Below, piece by piece: positions 1-9,724 of a DNA stretch of 25,233 nt. The position numbers were made by a program, and so were the translations under genes. Location: contig JBQTGV010000065.1 of NCBI GenBank assembly GCA_052390515.1, positions 1 through 25,233 on the forward strand, in the 5' to 3' direction. Position 1 is the stretch's first letter; each line of letters opens with the position of its first letter. This stretch comes from Candidatus Eiseniibacteriota bacterium. Lineage in GTDB: Bacteria; ARS69. The notes under the pieces were generated by a model. The model was not told the DNA's origin, searched no databases, and saw only the letters and a list, made by a program, of their open reading frames with translations.

Positions 1-568
1 TCCCGGCGAGCGGCCCGGAGCCGAGCGCGCGGCGGATGAACCGCCAGAGCGCGCGGCACTCCGCCTCGCTCCTGCTTCGTCCCTCCTCTACGGACCGCCG
101 CACGGCCGCGTCCACGGCGCCGAGCACGAGCGCGGCGTCGCCCTCGCCGGTGCTGTGGGGCGCGGCGGCGGAGAGACGCCGGCGAAGGGCGGTCCGGATG
201 CTCTCGCTGCGCGCGCGGAAGCCCCCGGGCGCGGCCCGGCCGCTCTCTGCCCGCCGCAGCACGCGGTACCCGTCCGCTGCGTCCACCTGGGCGCGGAACA
301 AGAACTCGATGGCGCGGCGGAGCCTGCTCCACTCGTCGCCCTCGCGCAGGGCTTCGCGGGCGATGCCGTCGAGGATGGACTGTTGGTGCGAGCGCAGCAG
401 CTGGTCGAGCAGCGCCGCCTTCGAGGGGAAGTAGAGATAGACGGTCCCCTTGGCGACGCGTGCGCGCCGGGCCACCTGCTCCATGGTCACGACCTCCGGA
501 GGACGCGCGCCGAACAGGGCCGCGGCGGCGGCCACGATGCGCTCCTCCGGACGTCGCGCGCGGCTCAC
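1..568 (-). CDS. TetR/AcrR family transcriptional regulator (3' end outside window)
   Basis: Not in the ORF track. GTG at 568 overlaps the hemC stop (GTGA). My translation MSRARRPEERIVAAAAALFGARPPEVVTMEQVARRARVAKGTVYLYFPSKAALL is a classic TetR HTH. The frame is open to position 1. Confidence 0.9.
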   Translation of the reverse strand, partial: MSRARRPEERIVAAAAALFGARPPEVVTMEQVARRARVAKGTVYLYFPSKAALLDQLLRSHQQSILDGIAREALREGDEWSRLRRAIEFLFRAQVDAADGYRVLRRAESGRAAPGGFRARSESIRTALRRRLSAAAPHSTGEGDAALVLGAVDAAVRRSVEEGRSRSEAECRALWRFIRRALGSGPLAG

Positions 569-1443
569 GTCGGCGCTCCCTTGGCACGCAGCGCCGCGGC
601 ACAGTCCAGCGCCAGGCGAATCAGGTCGGCGCCCTCGCGGGTGTCGGTGAGCGGCTCCAGGTCGGGAGCGATGGTCAAACAGCTCGAGAGCCGCCACTTC
701 GAGCCGACGCGTACCGCCAGCACGCCCAGCGGGATCGAGCAGCCACCGCCGAGCCCCTGGAGCACGGCGCGCTCGGCCTCCGCCGCGCGCCGGGTCTCCT
801 CGTGGTCGAGCCGCGCGGCCAGGTCAGCGGCGGCCGAGTCCCGCCGCGCGACCACGGCCAGGGCTCCTTGAGCTGGCGCAGGCAACAGGCCTTCCAGCAC
901 GTCGGCGATCTCCCGCTCGAGCCCCAGGCGAAGGAGCCCGGCCCTCGCCATCACCGTGGCGTCCACCCGCCCCTCCGCGACGCGCTGCAGCCGGGTGGGC
1001 ACGTTGCCGCGGAGCGTCCCGATGCGCAGGTCCGGCCGTACGCGGCGCAGGAAGGCGGCGCGGCGCGGGCTCGATGTCCCGACCGTCGCGCCGGGAGGGA
1101 GCTCAGCCAGCCGCACCCGGCCGCGGGAGATGAGCACGTCCTCGACCGGACCTCTCCTCGGAACCGCTGCGATCACCAGATCTTCCGGCGTTTCGATCGG
1201 AAGGTCCTTGAAGCTGTGGACGGCGAGGTCGGCGTCGCCTTCACGCAGCGCGCGATCCACCTCGGCCGTGAACAGCCCCTTCACGCCGATGTCGGCCAGC
1301 GGGCCGCTCTCCCTGTCTCCGCGGGTCGTGTGGGTCTCGATGACCGCCTCCAGATCCCGGTCGAGGGAGGTCAGGGCCTCGCCGACATGCTCCGCCTGCC
1401 ATCGGGCGAGCGCGCTGCCCCGGGACGCGATCCGGATCCTCAC
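565..1443 (-). CDS. hemC: Hydroxymethylbilane synthase (porphobilinogen deaminase)
   Basis: RIASRGSALARWQ, KGLFTAEVD, DLAVHSFKD, GTSSPRR, LRGNVPTR, PAPAQGALA, and the cofactor Cys in LGGGCSIPLG. The GTG start at 1443 overlaps the hemA stop. Confidence 0.95.
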   Translation of the reverse strand: MRIRIASRGSALARWQAEHVGEALTSLDRDLEAVIETHTTRGDRESGPLADIGVKGLFTAEVDRALREGDADLAVHSFKDLPIETPEDLVIAAVPRRGPVEDVLISRGRVRLAELPPGATVGTSSPRRAAFLRRVRPDLRIGTLRGNVPTRLQRVAEGRVDATVMARAGLLRLGLEREIADVLEGLLPAPAQGALAVVARRDSAAADLAARLDHEETRRAAEAERAVLQGLGGGCSIPLGVLAVRVGSKWRLSSCLTIAPDLEPLTDTREGADLIRLALDCAAALRAKGAPT

Positions 1444-2753
1444 GACGCGTCTCCCTCGTCGCGGCGGCGCCGGCTGGGGTGGCCGTTCCCGTCCGGTGGA
1501 ACGTCCAGGCCGAAGAAGCGGCGGGCCCACTCCAGTCCGGAGAGCCCTTCGCGCGTGGTGGGGTCGCAGCCGCGCAGCGCGACGGTGGGCGGGTGCAGGA
1601 GCTTGTTCACGAGGCCCGCGGAGAAGCGCTCCAGCAACTCGCGCTCCTTCGGTTCGAGGCCCCGGCCGAACCGCGCCAGCGACTCGCGGCGAACGCGCTC
1701 GGCCTCCTCGCGGATGGCCACCAGCACCGGTGCCGCGGCGAGGGACTGGAGCCACTCGTGGAACCGATCGGCCTCCTCGCGGACGATCCCCTCCACCGCG
1801 GGGATCTCTCGGCGCCGTCGCCCGACGTTCAGGTCGACGAGCTCCTGGAGGTCCTCGACGGAGTAGAGGAAGACGCCCTGGAGGCTACCCGATCTCGCCT
1901 CGACGTTGCGCGGCACGCCCAGGTCGAGCACGAGCAGCGAGCCGCGGCGGCGGGAGCCGAGCGCGCGCTCCAGGTCGTCGTGCGCGAGCCATGCCTCCGC
2001 GGCTGCGACCGCGCTCACCAGGATGTCCGTGCGGGGGAGTGACTGCAGCACGGCCTCGAACGGGACCGCCCTGCCGCCGAGCTCGTCGGCCAGTGCCCGC
2101 GCGTTCGCCTCCGTGCGACTGGCGAAGGTCAACGACCCGATGCCGGCCTCGTCCAGGAGCTCGGCCACGCGCCGGCCGGAGTCACCCGAGCCGACCACGA
2201 CGGCGGCGCGGTGCGAGAGATCCCCGAAGACGCGCTCGGCCAGCTGCACCGCAGACCGCTCCAGCGAGGCCGCGCCCGTGCCGATGGCGGTCTCGGTGCG
2301 GCAGCGTTTCCCGGCGTGGATCGCCGCCGGAAAGAGCCGGCCGAGCACCGGGCCCACCCGTCCCTCGCGGTGCGCGGCGTCGTACGCGGTCTTCACCTGA
2401 CCGAGGATCGCGTTCTCGCCGAGCACGGAGGAGTCGATGCCGGCGGCGACGCGGAAGAGATGCTCGATGCCCTCGCGATGGCGGCGCACGTAAGCGAGGT
2501 CGTCACGGCCCAGGTCGACGCCCTTGCGCTCGGCCACGAGGCGAAGCTGGCCGTCGACCGCCGCCTGCGGGCGATCGGTGACCGCGTAGAACTCAGTGCG
2601 GTTGCACGTGGAGAGCAGCGCGACCTCGGAGACGGCGTCGTCGGCGGCCAGTGCGGCGAGCGCATCGGAGATCTCCTCCGGGAGGAAGGCCACGCGCTCG
2701 CGCACTTCGAGCGGCGCGGTGCGGTGGCTGATCCCGTGGACGACGATCTCCAT
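1440..2753 (-). CDS. hemA: Glutamyl-tRNA reductase
   Basis: GISHRTAPLEVRERVAF, catalytic LSTCNRTEFY, HLFRVAAGIDS, ILGQVK, DLGVPRNVE, LVNKLLHPPT. The ATG at 2753 overlaps the upstream stop (TGATG). Confidence 0.95.
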   Translation of the reverse strand: MEIVVHGISHRTAPLEVRERVAFLPEEISDALAALAADDAVSEVALLSTCNRTEFYAVTDRPQAAVDGQLRLVAERKGVDLGRDDLAYVRRHREGIEHLFRVAAGIDSSVLGENAILGQVKTAYDAAHREGRVGPVLGRLFPAAIHAGKRCRTETAIGTGAASLERSAVQLAERVFGDLSHRAAVVVGSGDSGRRVAELLDEAGIGSLTFASRTEANARALADELGGRAVPFEAVLQSLPRTDILVSAVAAAEAWLAHDDLERALGSRRRGSLLVLDLGVPRNVEARSGSLQGVFLYSVEDLQELVDLNVGRRRREIPAVEGIVREEADRFHEWLQSLAAAPVLVAIREEAERVRRESLARFGRGLEPKERELLERFSAGLVNKLLHPPTVALRGCDPTTREGLSGLEWARRFFGLDVPPDGNGHPSRRRRDEGDAS

Positions 2754-3583
2754 CACAGGAGCCCCTGCGTTCCGTGCGCGGAGCCGAGCAGCGCGGGCAC
2801 GAGCCAGGAGGACAGCACCATGAGCAGGAACGCGGCGAGGGTGATGCCGATGCTGCGGATCCCGCGCCAGCCGGTGAATCGGTGCAGGGCGAGGGCGAGC
2901 GCGTAGACCGCCCACACCAGCACGGTGCTCACGACCTTGGGATCACGGAGGACCGGGTGGTCGAGCTCCCGGACCCAGCCGAACGCGCCGACCGCGATGG
3001 CCGCGCTCAGGAACAGGAAGCCGAGCAGCGCAGTGCGGATGGCCATGCTGGAGAGAACCTCGAGCGGCGGCACGCGCTCGTAGATGAACCCGAAGCGACG
3101 GCGCTTGAGATCCCCGTAGAGGAGCAGGAACAGCGTGGAGTAGACCGCGCCGACGGCGAAGGCGGTGTAGCCGAGCAGCGCGGAAAGGACGTGGACTCCG
3201 AACCACGGCTTGGCGAGCAGCGAGTTGACCTCGGAGCCGGCCGAACCGGCGGATATGCCGACTACGTGGAACCCGGTGGCCACGGCGAGCAGCAGGAACC
3301 CGGTGGAGCGCTCGGCGTGCAGGAACTCCAGCAGGGTGTGCACCGCCAGGATGCAGAAGGCGATCAGCGTGAACGCCTCCCCCGGGCCGGCCAGAGGCGG
3401 GCGCCCCATGAGCTGCAGGAAGACCGACAGGCGTATCGCCGCCACGAAGAGGGTTCCGGCCAGGGCGAAGCGGGCCCATTCCAGGCGCTGCTCCGGCCCA
3501 CGCAGGAACTCCATCACGTAGGCCAGCGTCGTGGCGGCCAGGGCCGCGGCGAGGGCCAGATCCAGGATCAGCAGCAAGGTCAA
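2753..3583 (-). CDS. Cytochrome c assembly family (CcsA/HemX-like) membrane protein
   Basis: Multi-TM protein with WFGVHVLSALLGY, LKRRRFG..RVPPLEVL and DPKVV, coupled to hemA. TTG start at 3583 chosen for its GGAGG SD; the track start 3622 is the alternative. Confidence 0.8.
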   Translation of the reverse strand: MTLLLILDLALAAALAATTLAYVMEFLRGPEQRLEWARFALAGTLFVAAIRLSVFLQLMGRPPLAGPGEAFTLIAFCILAVHTLLEFLHAERSTGFLLLAVATGFHVVGISAGSAGSEVNSLLAKPWFGVHVLSALLGYTAFAVGAVYSTLFLLLYGDLKRRRFGFIYERVPPLEVLSSMAIRTALLGFLFLSAAIAVGAFGWVRELDHPVLRDPKVVSTVLVWAVYALALALHRFTGWRGIRSIGITLAAFLLMVLSSWLVPALLGSAHGTQGLL

Positions 3584-3618
3584 GCGCGAGCCCTCCGGCT
3601 GGACCGACCGGTCAGTCA

Positions 3619-3647
3619 ACATTCCGGCGAGGGAGGTGGACGGTCAA
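3619..3647 (-). promoter_or_regulatory. Putative sigma70-like promoter of the heme operon
   Basis: Minus strand TTGACC-N17-GAATGT; the -10 is weak. Confidence 0.35.
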
Positions 3648-3723
3648 GGGGTCCGGCTCAAGAAGGGCGGCCCGGGGGTCGATTCGACGAGGAGAAGCGC
3701 CCCGGAGCCCTCCGGGAGGGGCC

Positions 3724-4341
3724 ATGAAAACCTGTACGCTTTGCCAGGCAGAGGTCACCCCTCGCATGGTCCGCGAAGGTGCGGCCATCGAGCGCGGATC
3801 CGAACTGTTCCACCGCGAATGCCACCGCGGGATCCGCGGCTCGGCGACGGCCCCGCTCCCCAAGAGCCGCCCGCTAGCCGCATCGCCCCGGGAGACGACG
3901 TCCTTTCCGGACATTCCCGTGTCGGCGGAGCTCGCCGGGTTCTGGCGCCGGTTCGGGGCACACCTCATCGACGGCCTCATCCTGAACGTGGTGGTCTTCT
4001 TCGCCGGTCTCTGCATCGGCTTCGGCGCGGGGGTGACCGGTGTCTTCGAGCCCAGCGCCGCGACGGTCCTCGGTGGACTCATCGGTGCCGTGGTCCCGCT
4101 CGTTTACTTCGTGTGGTTCTGGGTCCGGAAGGGTGCCACGCCGGGCAAGCTCGCGATGGGCATCCGCATCGTCGGTCCCGACAACCGGCCCCCGACCGGG
4201 ATGGCGGCCTTCGTACGCTTCATCGGCTACATCCCCTCGGGCCTCTTCCTCGGCCTCGGCTATCTGTGGATGCTCTTCGACGGCGAGAAGCGTTGCTGGC
4301 ACGACATGATGGCCGGCACCCGCGTCGTGCGCGTGAGCTGA
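3724..4341 (+). CDS. RDD family membrane protein with N-terminal Cys/His zinc-finger-like segment
   Basis: AGFWRRFGAHLIDG, GATPGKLAMGIRIV, KRCWHDMMAGTRVV. GGGAGG SD upstream. Confidence 0.9.
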   Translation: MKTCTLCQAEVTPRMVREGAAIERGSELFHRECHRGIRGSATAPLPKSRPLAASPRETTSFPDIPVSAELAGFWRRFGAHLIDGLILNVVVFFAGLCIGFGAGVTGVFEPSAATVLGGLIGAVVPLVYFVWFWVRKGATPGKLAMGIRIVGPDNRPPTGMAAFVRFIGYIPSGLFLGLGYLWMLFDGEKRCWHDMMAGTRVVRVS

Positions 4342-4397
4342 GAGCCCGCCGCGGCCGGTGGGGGGTGGGGACCCCGCTACGCGCGGCTCTGCCGGGG

Positions 4398-4426
4398 TTC
4401 CCACCCGTCTCCCGATCGGCTATCTT
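4398..4426 (+). promoter_or_regulatory. Putative promoter of tRNA-Leu
   Basis: TTCCCA-N17-TATCTT ending 21 nt upstream of the tRNA. Confidence 0.45.
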
Positions 4427-4447
4427 CGCCGGGCGCCAAAGCGAAGT

Positions 4448-4534
4448 GCCGAAGTGGTGAAACTGGTAGACGCGCACGGTTCAGGGCCGTGTGGGGGCAA
4501 CCCCGTGTGGGTTCGAATCCCACCTTCGGCACCA
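4448..4534 (+). tRNA. tRNA-Leu(CAG)
   Basis: Acceptor GCCGAAG/CTTCGGC, anticodon arm CACGG-TTCAGGG-CCGTG, long variable arm, GGTTCGAATCC T-arm, encoded CCA. Confidence 0.97.
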
Positions 4535-4604
4535 CCTCCCTCCAAAGTCCAGGGGACCTCCGGGCGCAAAGGACCCTGAGCCGGCCTTCGCCCGAGGGAA
4601 TCCC

Positions 4605-5771
4605 ATGGGAGCCGCGCGCGCCGTCCCCGTGCTGCTCGGGCTCTTCGCGGTTCTCACCCCGGTCACGATCGCGGGGGCGCACGCCAGCTTGGCAGCGGCC
4701 GTCGCCGCGGGCCTGGCGTCGGCCGATTCCCGCCGGCGGATGGCCGAGCTACGCCGCCACCCGCTGGCGCTGCCGATTGCGCTGTGGTGCCTGGCCAGCA
4801 TCGTGTCGGTGGTCTTCGCCGTGGACCCGGAGCGCTCCCTCCCCAAGCTGAAGAAGCTGGCGCTGCTGCCGCTGATCCCGCTCGGGGCGCTGCCCGAGGT
4901 GCGCCGCGCCATTCGCCCCATCATCCCCGCGCTCATCGCCTCGGCGGCGGTGGTGTCGTTGTGGGGACTGGTCGTCTTCGCCCGCGCCGGCGGGGGCCTC
5001 GATGAGCGGCTCAGCGGGATCTCCGGCTTCTACATGACCGTGGCCGGCATCCTGATGCTGGTCGGTCTGGTGTGCCTGGCGGAGATCCTGGCGGCGCTCA
5101 AGGACCCGCATCCGCGTCGCGTGGTCTTCCTGGTCGTGTCGGCCGCGCTGATCCTCGGCGCTCTCGCGGCGACGTACACTCGGGGCAGCTGGCTCGGCTT
5201 CCTGGCCGGGGCGGTCTGGGTGCTGCGCCGCCGGCCGATCGTGCTCGTCTCTCTCGCCGTGGTCGCCGCGCTGCTGCTCCTGCTCGGCCCGCCGGCGGTG
5301 CGGGAGCGCGTCGTCGCCAACCTCCGTCCGGATCATCCGCGCAACCAGGAGCGCGTGCTGATCTGGCAGCGCGGAATCGAGCTGGTGAAGGAGCGCCCCT
5401 GGACCGGCCTCGGTCTCGTCATTCCGGAGGACCGCATGGGCGGCGAGATCCAGACGCCCCAGGGGACGCTGCGCGTGCACAGCCACATGCACAACGCCTA
5501 CCTGCAGATCGCCGTGTCGATGGGCATTCCCGCCCTCCTGATCTTCGGCTGGTTCGTCGTCGCGATGTTTCGCATGGCCCGGCGGGCGGAGCGCGTCGTG
5601 ATCTGGAGCCTCTGGGAGGAAGGGCTGGTCGCCGCCGTACCGGCCTGCGTGATCGCCCTCGCGGTCAACGGCCTGGTCGAGTGGAACTTCGGGGACTCCG
5701 AGATCCTCGGACTCTTCTATTGTCTCGCCGGGCTGGCGCTCGGCGTCGAGACGGGGGCCGGGGAGACGTGA
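4605..5771 (+). CDS. O-antigen ligase (Wzy_C/WaaL-like) family protein
   Basis: Multi-TM; TYTRGSWLG, ERVLIWQRGIELVKERPWTGLG, HMHNAYLQIAVSMGIP. The track start 4491 lies inside the tRNA, so ATG 4605 is used. Confidence 0.88.
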   Translation: MGAARAVPVLLGLFAVLTPVTIAGAHASLAAAVAAGLASADSRRRMAELRRHPLALPIALWCLASIVSVVFAVDPERSLPKLKKLALLPLIPLGALPEVRRAIRPIIPALIASAAVVSLWGLVVFARAGGGLDERLSGISGFYMTVAGILMLVGLVCLAEILAALKDPHPRRVVFLVVSAALILGALAATYTRGSWLGFLAGAVWVLRRRPIVLVSLAVVAALLLLLGPPAVRERVVANLRPDHPRNQERVLIWQRGIELVKERPWTGLGLVIPEDRMGGEIQTPQGTLRVHSHMHNAYLQIAVSMGIPALLIFGWFVVAMFRMARRAERVVIWSLWEEGLVAAVPACVIALAVNGLVEWNFGDSEILGLFYCLAGLALGVETGAGET

Positions 5772-6232
5772 GCGAAGGCCTCATCACCTCGAACCGGAAG
5801 GCCCGTCACGAGTTTCACCTGCTCGAGACGTTCGAGGCCGGCCTCGTGCTGACCGGCACCGAGGTGAAGTCGCTCCGGCAGGGGCAGGCGAGCCTCGCCG
5901 AGTCCTACGCGATGGTGGAGAACGACGAGGTGTTCCTGGTGGGCGCGCACATTCCGGAGTACGCACAGGGGAACCGGGCGAACCACGCGCCGACGCGGCC
6001 ACGCAAGCTCCTCCTGCATCGCAAGGAGATCGAGCGGCTGCGCGGGAAGGTGATGGAGAAGGGGCTGACGCTCGTGCCGCTCAAGCTGTACTGGAAGAAC
6101 GGTCGGGCGAAGGTCGAGATCGCGCTGGCGCGCGGCAAGCGCGAGTACGACCGGCGCGACGACGTGGCCAAGCGGGAAGCGCAGCGGGAGATGGACCGCG
6201 CCATGTCGCGGCGCGCGCGGGGTGACACGTGA
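5768..6232 (+). CDS. smpB: SsrA-binding protein
   Basis: NRKARHEFHLLETFEAGLVLTGTEVKSLR, RPRKLLLHRKEI, LARGKREYDRR. GTG overlaps the upstream stop (C-terminal part of track ORF 5072..6232). Confidence 0.97.
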   Translation: MSEGLITSNRKARHEFHLLETFEAGLVLTGTEVKSLRQGQASLAESYAMVENDEVFLVGAHIPEYAQGNRANHAPTRPRKLLLHRKEIERLRGKVMEKGLTLVPLKLYWKNGRAKVEIALARGKREYDRRDDVAKREAQREMDRAMSRRARGDT

Positions 6233-7671
6233 GGCGGCTCGTCCTGATCGTGGCCGCTCTGCTCGTCGGCCCGGCGGCGGCCGCGCCCCCGGAGATCAAC
6301 AAGGTGGCGGCCACGGTGCGCAGCCCCGACTACCCGGAGCCGCGGCGCATCGACGCCTACCGCGTCGACGGCGTCGACTACCTCGTGCTCAACGACATCG
6401 CCTATCTCTTCCGCGCGACGAAGTACTGGCGGGACGAGCTCGAGAAGATGGTCCTCAAGATCGGGGACCGGCGAGTCCGCGTCACCGTGGGGAGCCCGTT
6501 CGTGTTCGTGGACGACGACGGGTTCCAGATGCTGGCGCCGGCACGCTGGCAGGAGGGCCGCATCATCGTGCCGGCCGACTTCGCCTCCGAGATCCTGGAT
6601 CAGGTCGTCACCGAGTCTGTCCTCTGGGAGCGGGAGCGCCGCGTCCTGCGGATCGACACCGGTGAGCCGAACATCCTCGCCGTGGACTGGGACGTGCGCG
6701 AGAACGGGACGATCGTGGAGATCGCGCTCTCGACGCAGCTCGGCGCGACCCTGGACACCACCGCGACGGCGAGGAGCGGTCGCGTCGAGGTGCGCGTTCC
6801 CGCGGGGGTCCTGTCCGACACGCTCGTCGGTTCGCTCCCGGCCATGGGATCGGTCGAGAGCCTGATCGTCACCCAGGAGCCGGGCTGGGCCTCCTTCGTG
6901 TTCCAGCTCGGCGCTCTCGGTGCCCGGGCCGAGGTCGTGTCACGCTCCTCGCCGCCGCGACTCGTCGTGGCGCTCGGCACCTCTTCAGAGGACGACATTC
7001 CCGCGCCGGACTTCGAGCGGACCGATCGGGTCACCTCCGGGCCTCGGGAGGTGCGGGTCGTCGTGATCGATCCCGGGCACGGCGGATCCGACACGGGCGT
7101 CGTCTCTTCCCACGGGACGGCGGAGAAGGACGTCGCGCTGTCGATCGCGCTGCGCGCGAAGCAGCGCCTCGAGCAGGAAGGCGGGCTCGAGGTGCACCTC
7201 ACCCGCACGGAAGACCGCTTCCTGCCGGTGGACGCACGGGCTGCCGCTGCGAACCGGCTCCGCCCGGACGTCCTCGTCTCCATTCACTGCAACGGCTGGT
7301 TCGACTCCGAGCTGTCCGGCTTCTCGGTCGGCGTTCCCGCGCCGGCCGAGCCGGGCATTGACGCGCCCGTCCCGCGCTGGGGCACGCGCAGCGTGCGTGC
7401 GTCACGCGACACGGAGGCGCTGGCCGAGGCGTTGCTCGAGCAGTTGGACGAAGAGCTCTCGCTGCCGAGCCGGGGCATCCGCAGCGGGTCGTACGCGCTC
7501 GTCGGCGCGTCGATGGGACCCGCGGTGCACGTGGAGTGCGGATTCCTGACCAACGAGGACGACGAGGAGCTGCTTCTCGAGCCGGCGTTCCAGGAGAAGG
7601 TGGCGCTCGCGATCGCGCGGGGGATCGGCGAGTATCGGCGCCTCCTGGCGAGCGGGGAGGAGACTCCGTGA
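6229..7671 (+). CDS. N-acetylmuramoyl-L-alanine amidase (Amidase_3), exported
   Basis: Signal peptide; VVIDPGHGG, EKDVAL, SIHCN and AVHVECGFLTN Zn/catalytic motifs. Confidence 0.92.
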   Translation: MRRLVLIVAALLVGPAAAAPPEINKVAATVRSPDYPEPRRIDAYRVDGVDYLVLNDIAYLFRATKYWRDELEKMVLKIGDRRVRVTVGSPFVFVDDDGFQMLAPARWQEGRIIVPADFASEILDQVVTESVLWERERRVLRIDTGEPNILAVDWDVRENGTIVEIALSTQLGATLDTTATARSGRVEVRVPAGVLSDTLVGSLPAMGSVESLIVTQEPGWASFVFQLGALGARAEVVSRSSPPRLVVALGTSSEDDIPAPDFERTDRVTSGPREVRVVVIDPGHGGSDTGVVSSHGTAEKDVALSIALRAKQRLEQEGGLEVHLTRTEDRFLPVDARAAAANRLRPDVLVSIHCNGWFDSELSGFSVGVPAPAEPGIDAPVPRWGTRSVRASRDTEALAEALLEQLDEELSLPSRGIRSGSYALVGASMGPAVHVECGFLTNEDDEELLLEPAFQEKVALAIARGIGEYRRLLASGEETP

Positions 7672-8207
7672 GCCTGCGGTGGATCGCGGGGGCGGCCGCG
7701 GGGGCGGCGCTGGTCTTCGCCCTGATCGTCGCACTGATCTTCGCCGTGCGGCGTGAGGACGCTCCGACGGTGGCGCCGACCGCGGGGAGCGTGCGCGGAA
7801 CGCGTACCGTGGAGCTCTACCTGCCGGGACCGGACGGGGGCATGGTGCGCGAGACCCGTGAGATCGAGGGCGGAGACTACCTGGAAGAGGACGTTCGGCG
7901 CGTCCTCGCCGAGCTGATCGCGGGCGGAGAGAACGGAGTGCGCCCGCTTCCCGCGTCCACGCGGCTGCTCAACGTCTTCCATGACGACGCCGGAGAGATC
8001 ACCTTGAACTTCTCCGAGCACCTGCGCACGGATCACCCCGGCGGCTCGGAGTCCGAGCTGGCCACCGTCCGGTGCCTCGTCTCCACGATCGCCGCGAACT
8101 TCGCCGGAGTGGACCACGTGCGCATCCTGATCGAGGGCGAGATCGTTCCGACGCTCGCGGGGCACGCGGACATCTCGGTGCCGCTCGATGTCCGGGACCA
8201 TCGCTGA
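7668..8207 (+). CDS. GerMN domain membrane-anchored protein
   Basis: N-terminal [41 protein letters not shown]. Usual position between amidase and rph. GTG at 7668. Confidence 0.85.
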   Translation: MSLRWIAGAAAGAALVFALIVALIFAVRREDAPTVAPTAGSVRGTRTVELYLPGPDGGMVRETREIEGGDYLEEDVRRVLAELIAGGENGVRPLPASTRLLNVFHDDAGEITLNFSEHLRTDHPGGSESELATVRCLVSTIAANFAGVDHVRILIEGEIVPTLAGHADISVPLDVRDHR

Positions 8208-8217
8208 GGAGGGAAGC

Positions 8218-8940
8218 ATGGCACGAGGCGACGGGCGCGCGGCCGACGCGCTGCGCGCGGTCACGCTGGAGACGGGGTTCACCAAGCACGCCGAGGGGTC
8301 GTGTCTGGTGCGCATGGGAGACACGTGGGTGCTGTGCACCGCCTCGGTGGAGGACGGTGTACCGCCGTTCCTGCGCGGCAAGGGGCAGGGGTGGGTTACC
8401 GCAGAATACGGCATGCTGCCGAGGGCGACCACGACGCGGGGGCGGCGGAACCCGCAGGCGGCGCGGTCCCTCGAGATCCAGCGTCTCATCGGCCGCTCGC
8501 TGCGCGCCGTCACCGATCTCGGGTCCCTGGGCGACCGCACCATCACGCTGGACTGCGACGTGCTGCAGGCTGACGGGGGCACACGGACCGCGTCTGTCAC
8601 CGGTGCGTGCGTGGCGCTGTTCGCCGCCTGCGAGCGGCTGCGCAAGAGCGACCTGCTGAAGAAGTGGCCGCTGCGCGAGCTGGTCGCGGCGGTCTCGGTG
8701 GGGATCATCGACGGCGAGCCACGTCTCGATCTCCCGTACGACGAGGACTCTCGCGCCGCCGTGGACATGAACGTGGTGATGACCGCGTCGGGAAAGTTCG
8801 TCGAGGTGCAGGGTACGGCGGAGTCGGCACCGTTCGACGACGGGGAGCTGGCGGCCATGCTGGCTCTGGCGCGTGCGGGAGTCGGCTGGCTGATCGCCGC
8901 GCAGCGGGAGGCGCTCCAGCTCGAGGCGAAGAGTGCCTGA
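8218..8940 (+). CDS. rph: Ribonuclease PH
   Basis: [69 protein letters not shown] before ATG 8218. Confidence 0.96.
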   Translation: MARGDGRAADALRAVTLETGFTKHAEGSCLVRMGDTWVLCTASVEDGVPPFLRGKGQGWVTAEYGMLPRATTTRGRRNPQAARSLEIQRLIGRSLRAVTDLGSLGDRTITLDCDVLQADGGTRTASVTGACVALFAACERLRKSDLLKKWPLRELVAAVSVGIIDGEPRLDLPYDEDSRAAVDMNVVMTASGKFVEVQGTAESAPFDDGELAAMLALARAGVGWLIAAQREALQLEAKSA

Positions 8941-9562
8941 GCGGATCCGCGTCGTCCTCGCGACGCGCAACGCGCACAAGGTGCGGGAGATCTCCGAGGC
9001 GTTGGGACTGGCGGAGATCGAGCTGGTCGGGCTGGACTCGTTCGCCGCGCTTCCCGAGGTGGTAGAGGACGGCGTCACGTTCGAGGCGAACGCGGTAAAG
9101 AAGGCGGTGACGGCGGCTGCCGGCACGGGGATGCGCGCTCTGGCCGACGACTCCGGGCTGGTGGTGGACGCGCTCGACGGGGAGCCCGGCGTGCGGTCGG
9201 CGCGCTTCGCGGGGCCGCGGGCGGATGACGCGGCGAACCGCGCGCTGCTGCTCCGGCGCCTGCGCGGCGTGGAGGCGGCGCGGCGATCCGCGCGCTTCGT
9301 CTGCGTGTTGGCGCTGGCGACCGCGGACGGCGGCGTCGAGGTTGTGGAGGGCCGCTGCGAGGGCATCCTCTTGGACGCCGAGCGCGGCACGCGCGGCTTC
9401 GGCTACGATCCGCTGTTCGTGGCGCGGGGGGAGACGCGGACCTTCGCCGAGATGGAGGGCGAAGAGAAAGCGAGGATCTCGCACCGCGGGAGGGCGCTGG
9501 CGGCGATGCGGCCCTTGCTCCGGGCGCTCGCGGCGGCGGCGGCTCTCGGGCGCCGGCCTTGA
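8933..9562 (+). CDS. rdgB: Non-canonical purine NTP pyrophosphatase (RdgB/HAM1)
   Basis: [44 protein letters not shown]. Confidence 0.95.
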   Translation: MPERIRVVLATRNAHKVREISEALGLAEIELVGLDSFAALPEVVEDGVTFEANAVKKAVTAAAGTGMRALADDSGLVVDALDGEPGVRSARFAGPRADDAANRALLLRRLRGVEAARRSARFVCVLALATADGGVEVVEGRCEGILLDAERGTRGFGYDPLFVARGETRTFAEMEGEEKARISHRGRALAAMRPLLRALAAAAALGRRP

Positions 9563-9588
9563 CACCCCCCGGCGGCCGAACCTACGCT
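9559..9588 (+). promoter_or_regulatory. Putative promoter of the tRNA-Pro/Arg/His cluster
   Basis: Perfect TTGACA (overlapping the rdgB TGA), then N18, then TACGCT. Confidence 0.6.
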
Positions 9589-9626
9589 TCGCGGGTTCCA
9601 GGAGCGGACAGAGAATCGGGCCTCGG

Positions 9627-9703
<77 letters not shown>

Positions 9704-9724
9704 GCCCCGAGCGGTCCGGCAGGT

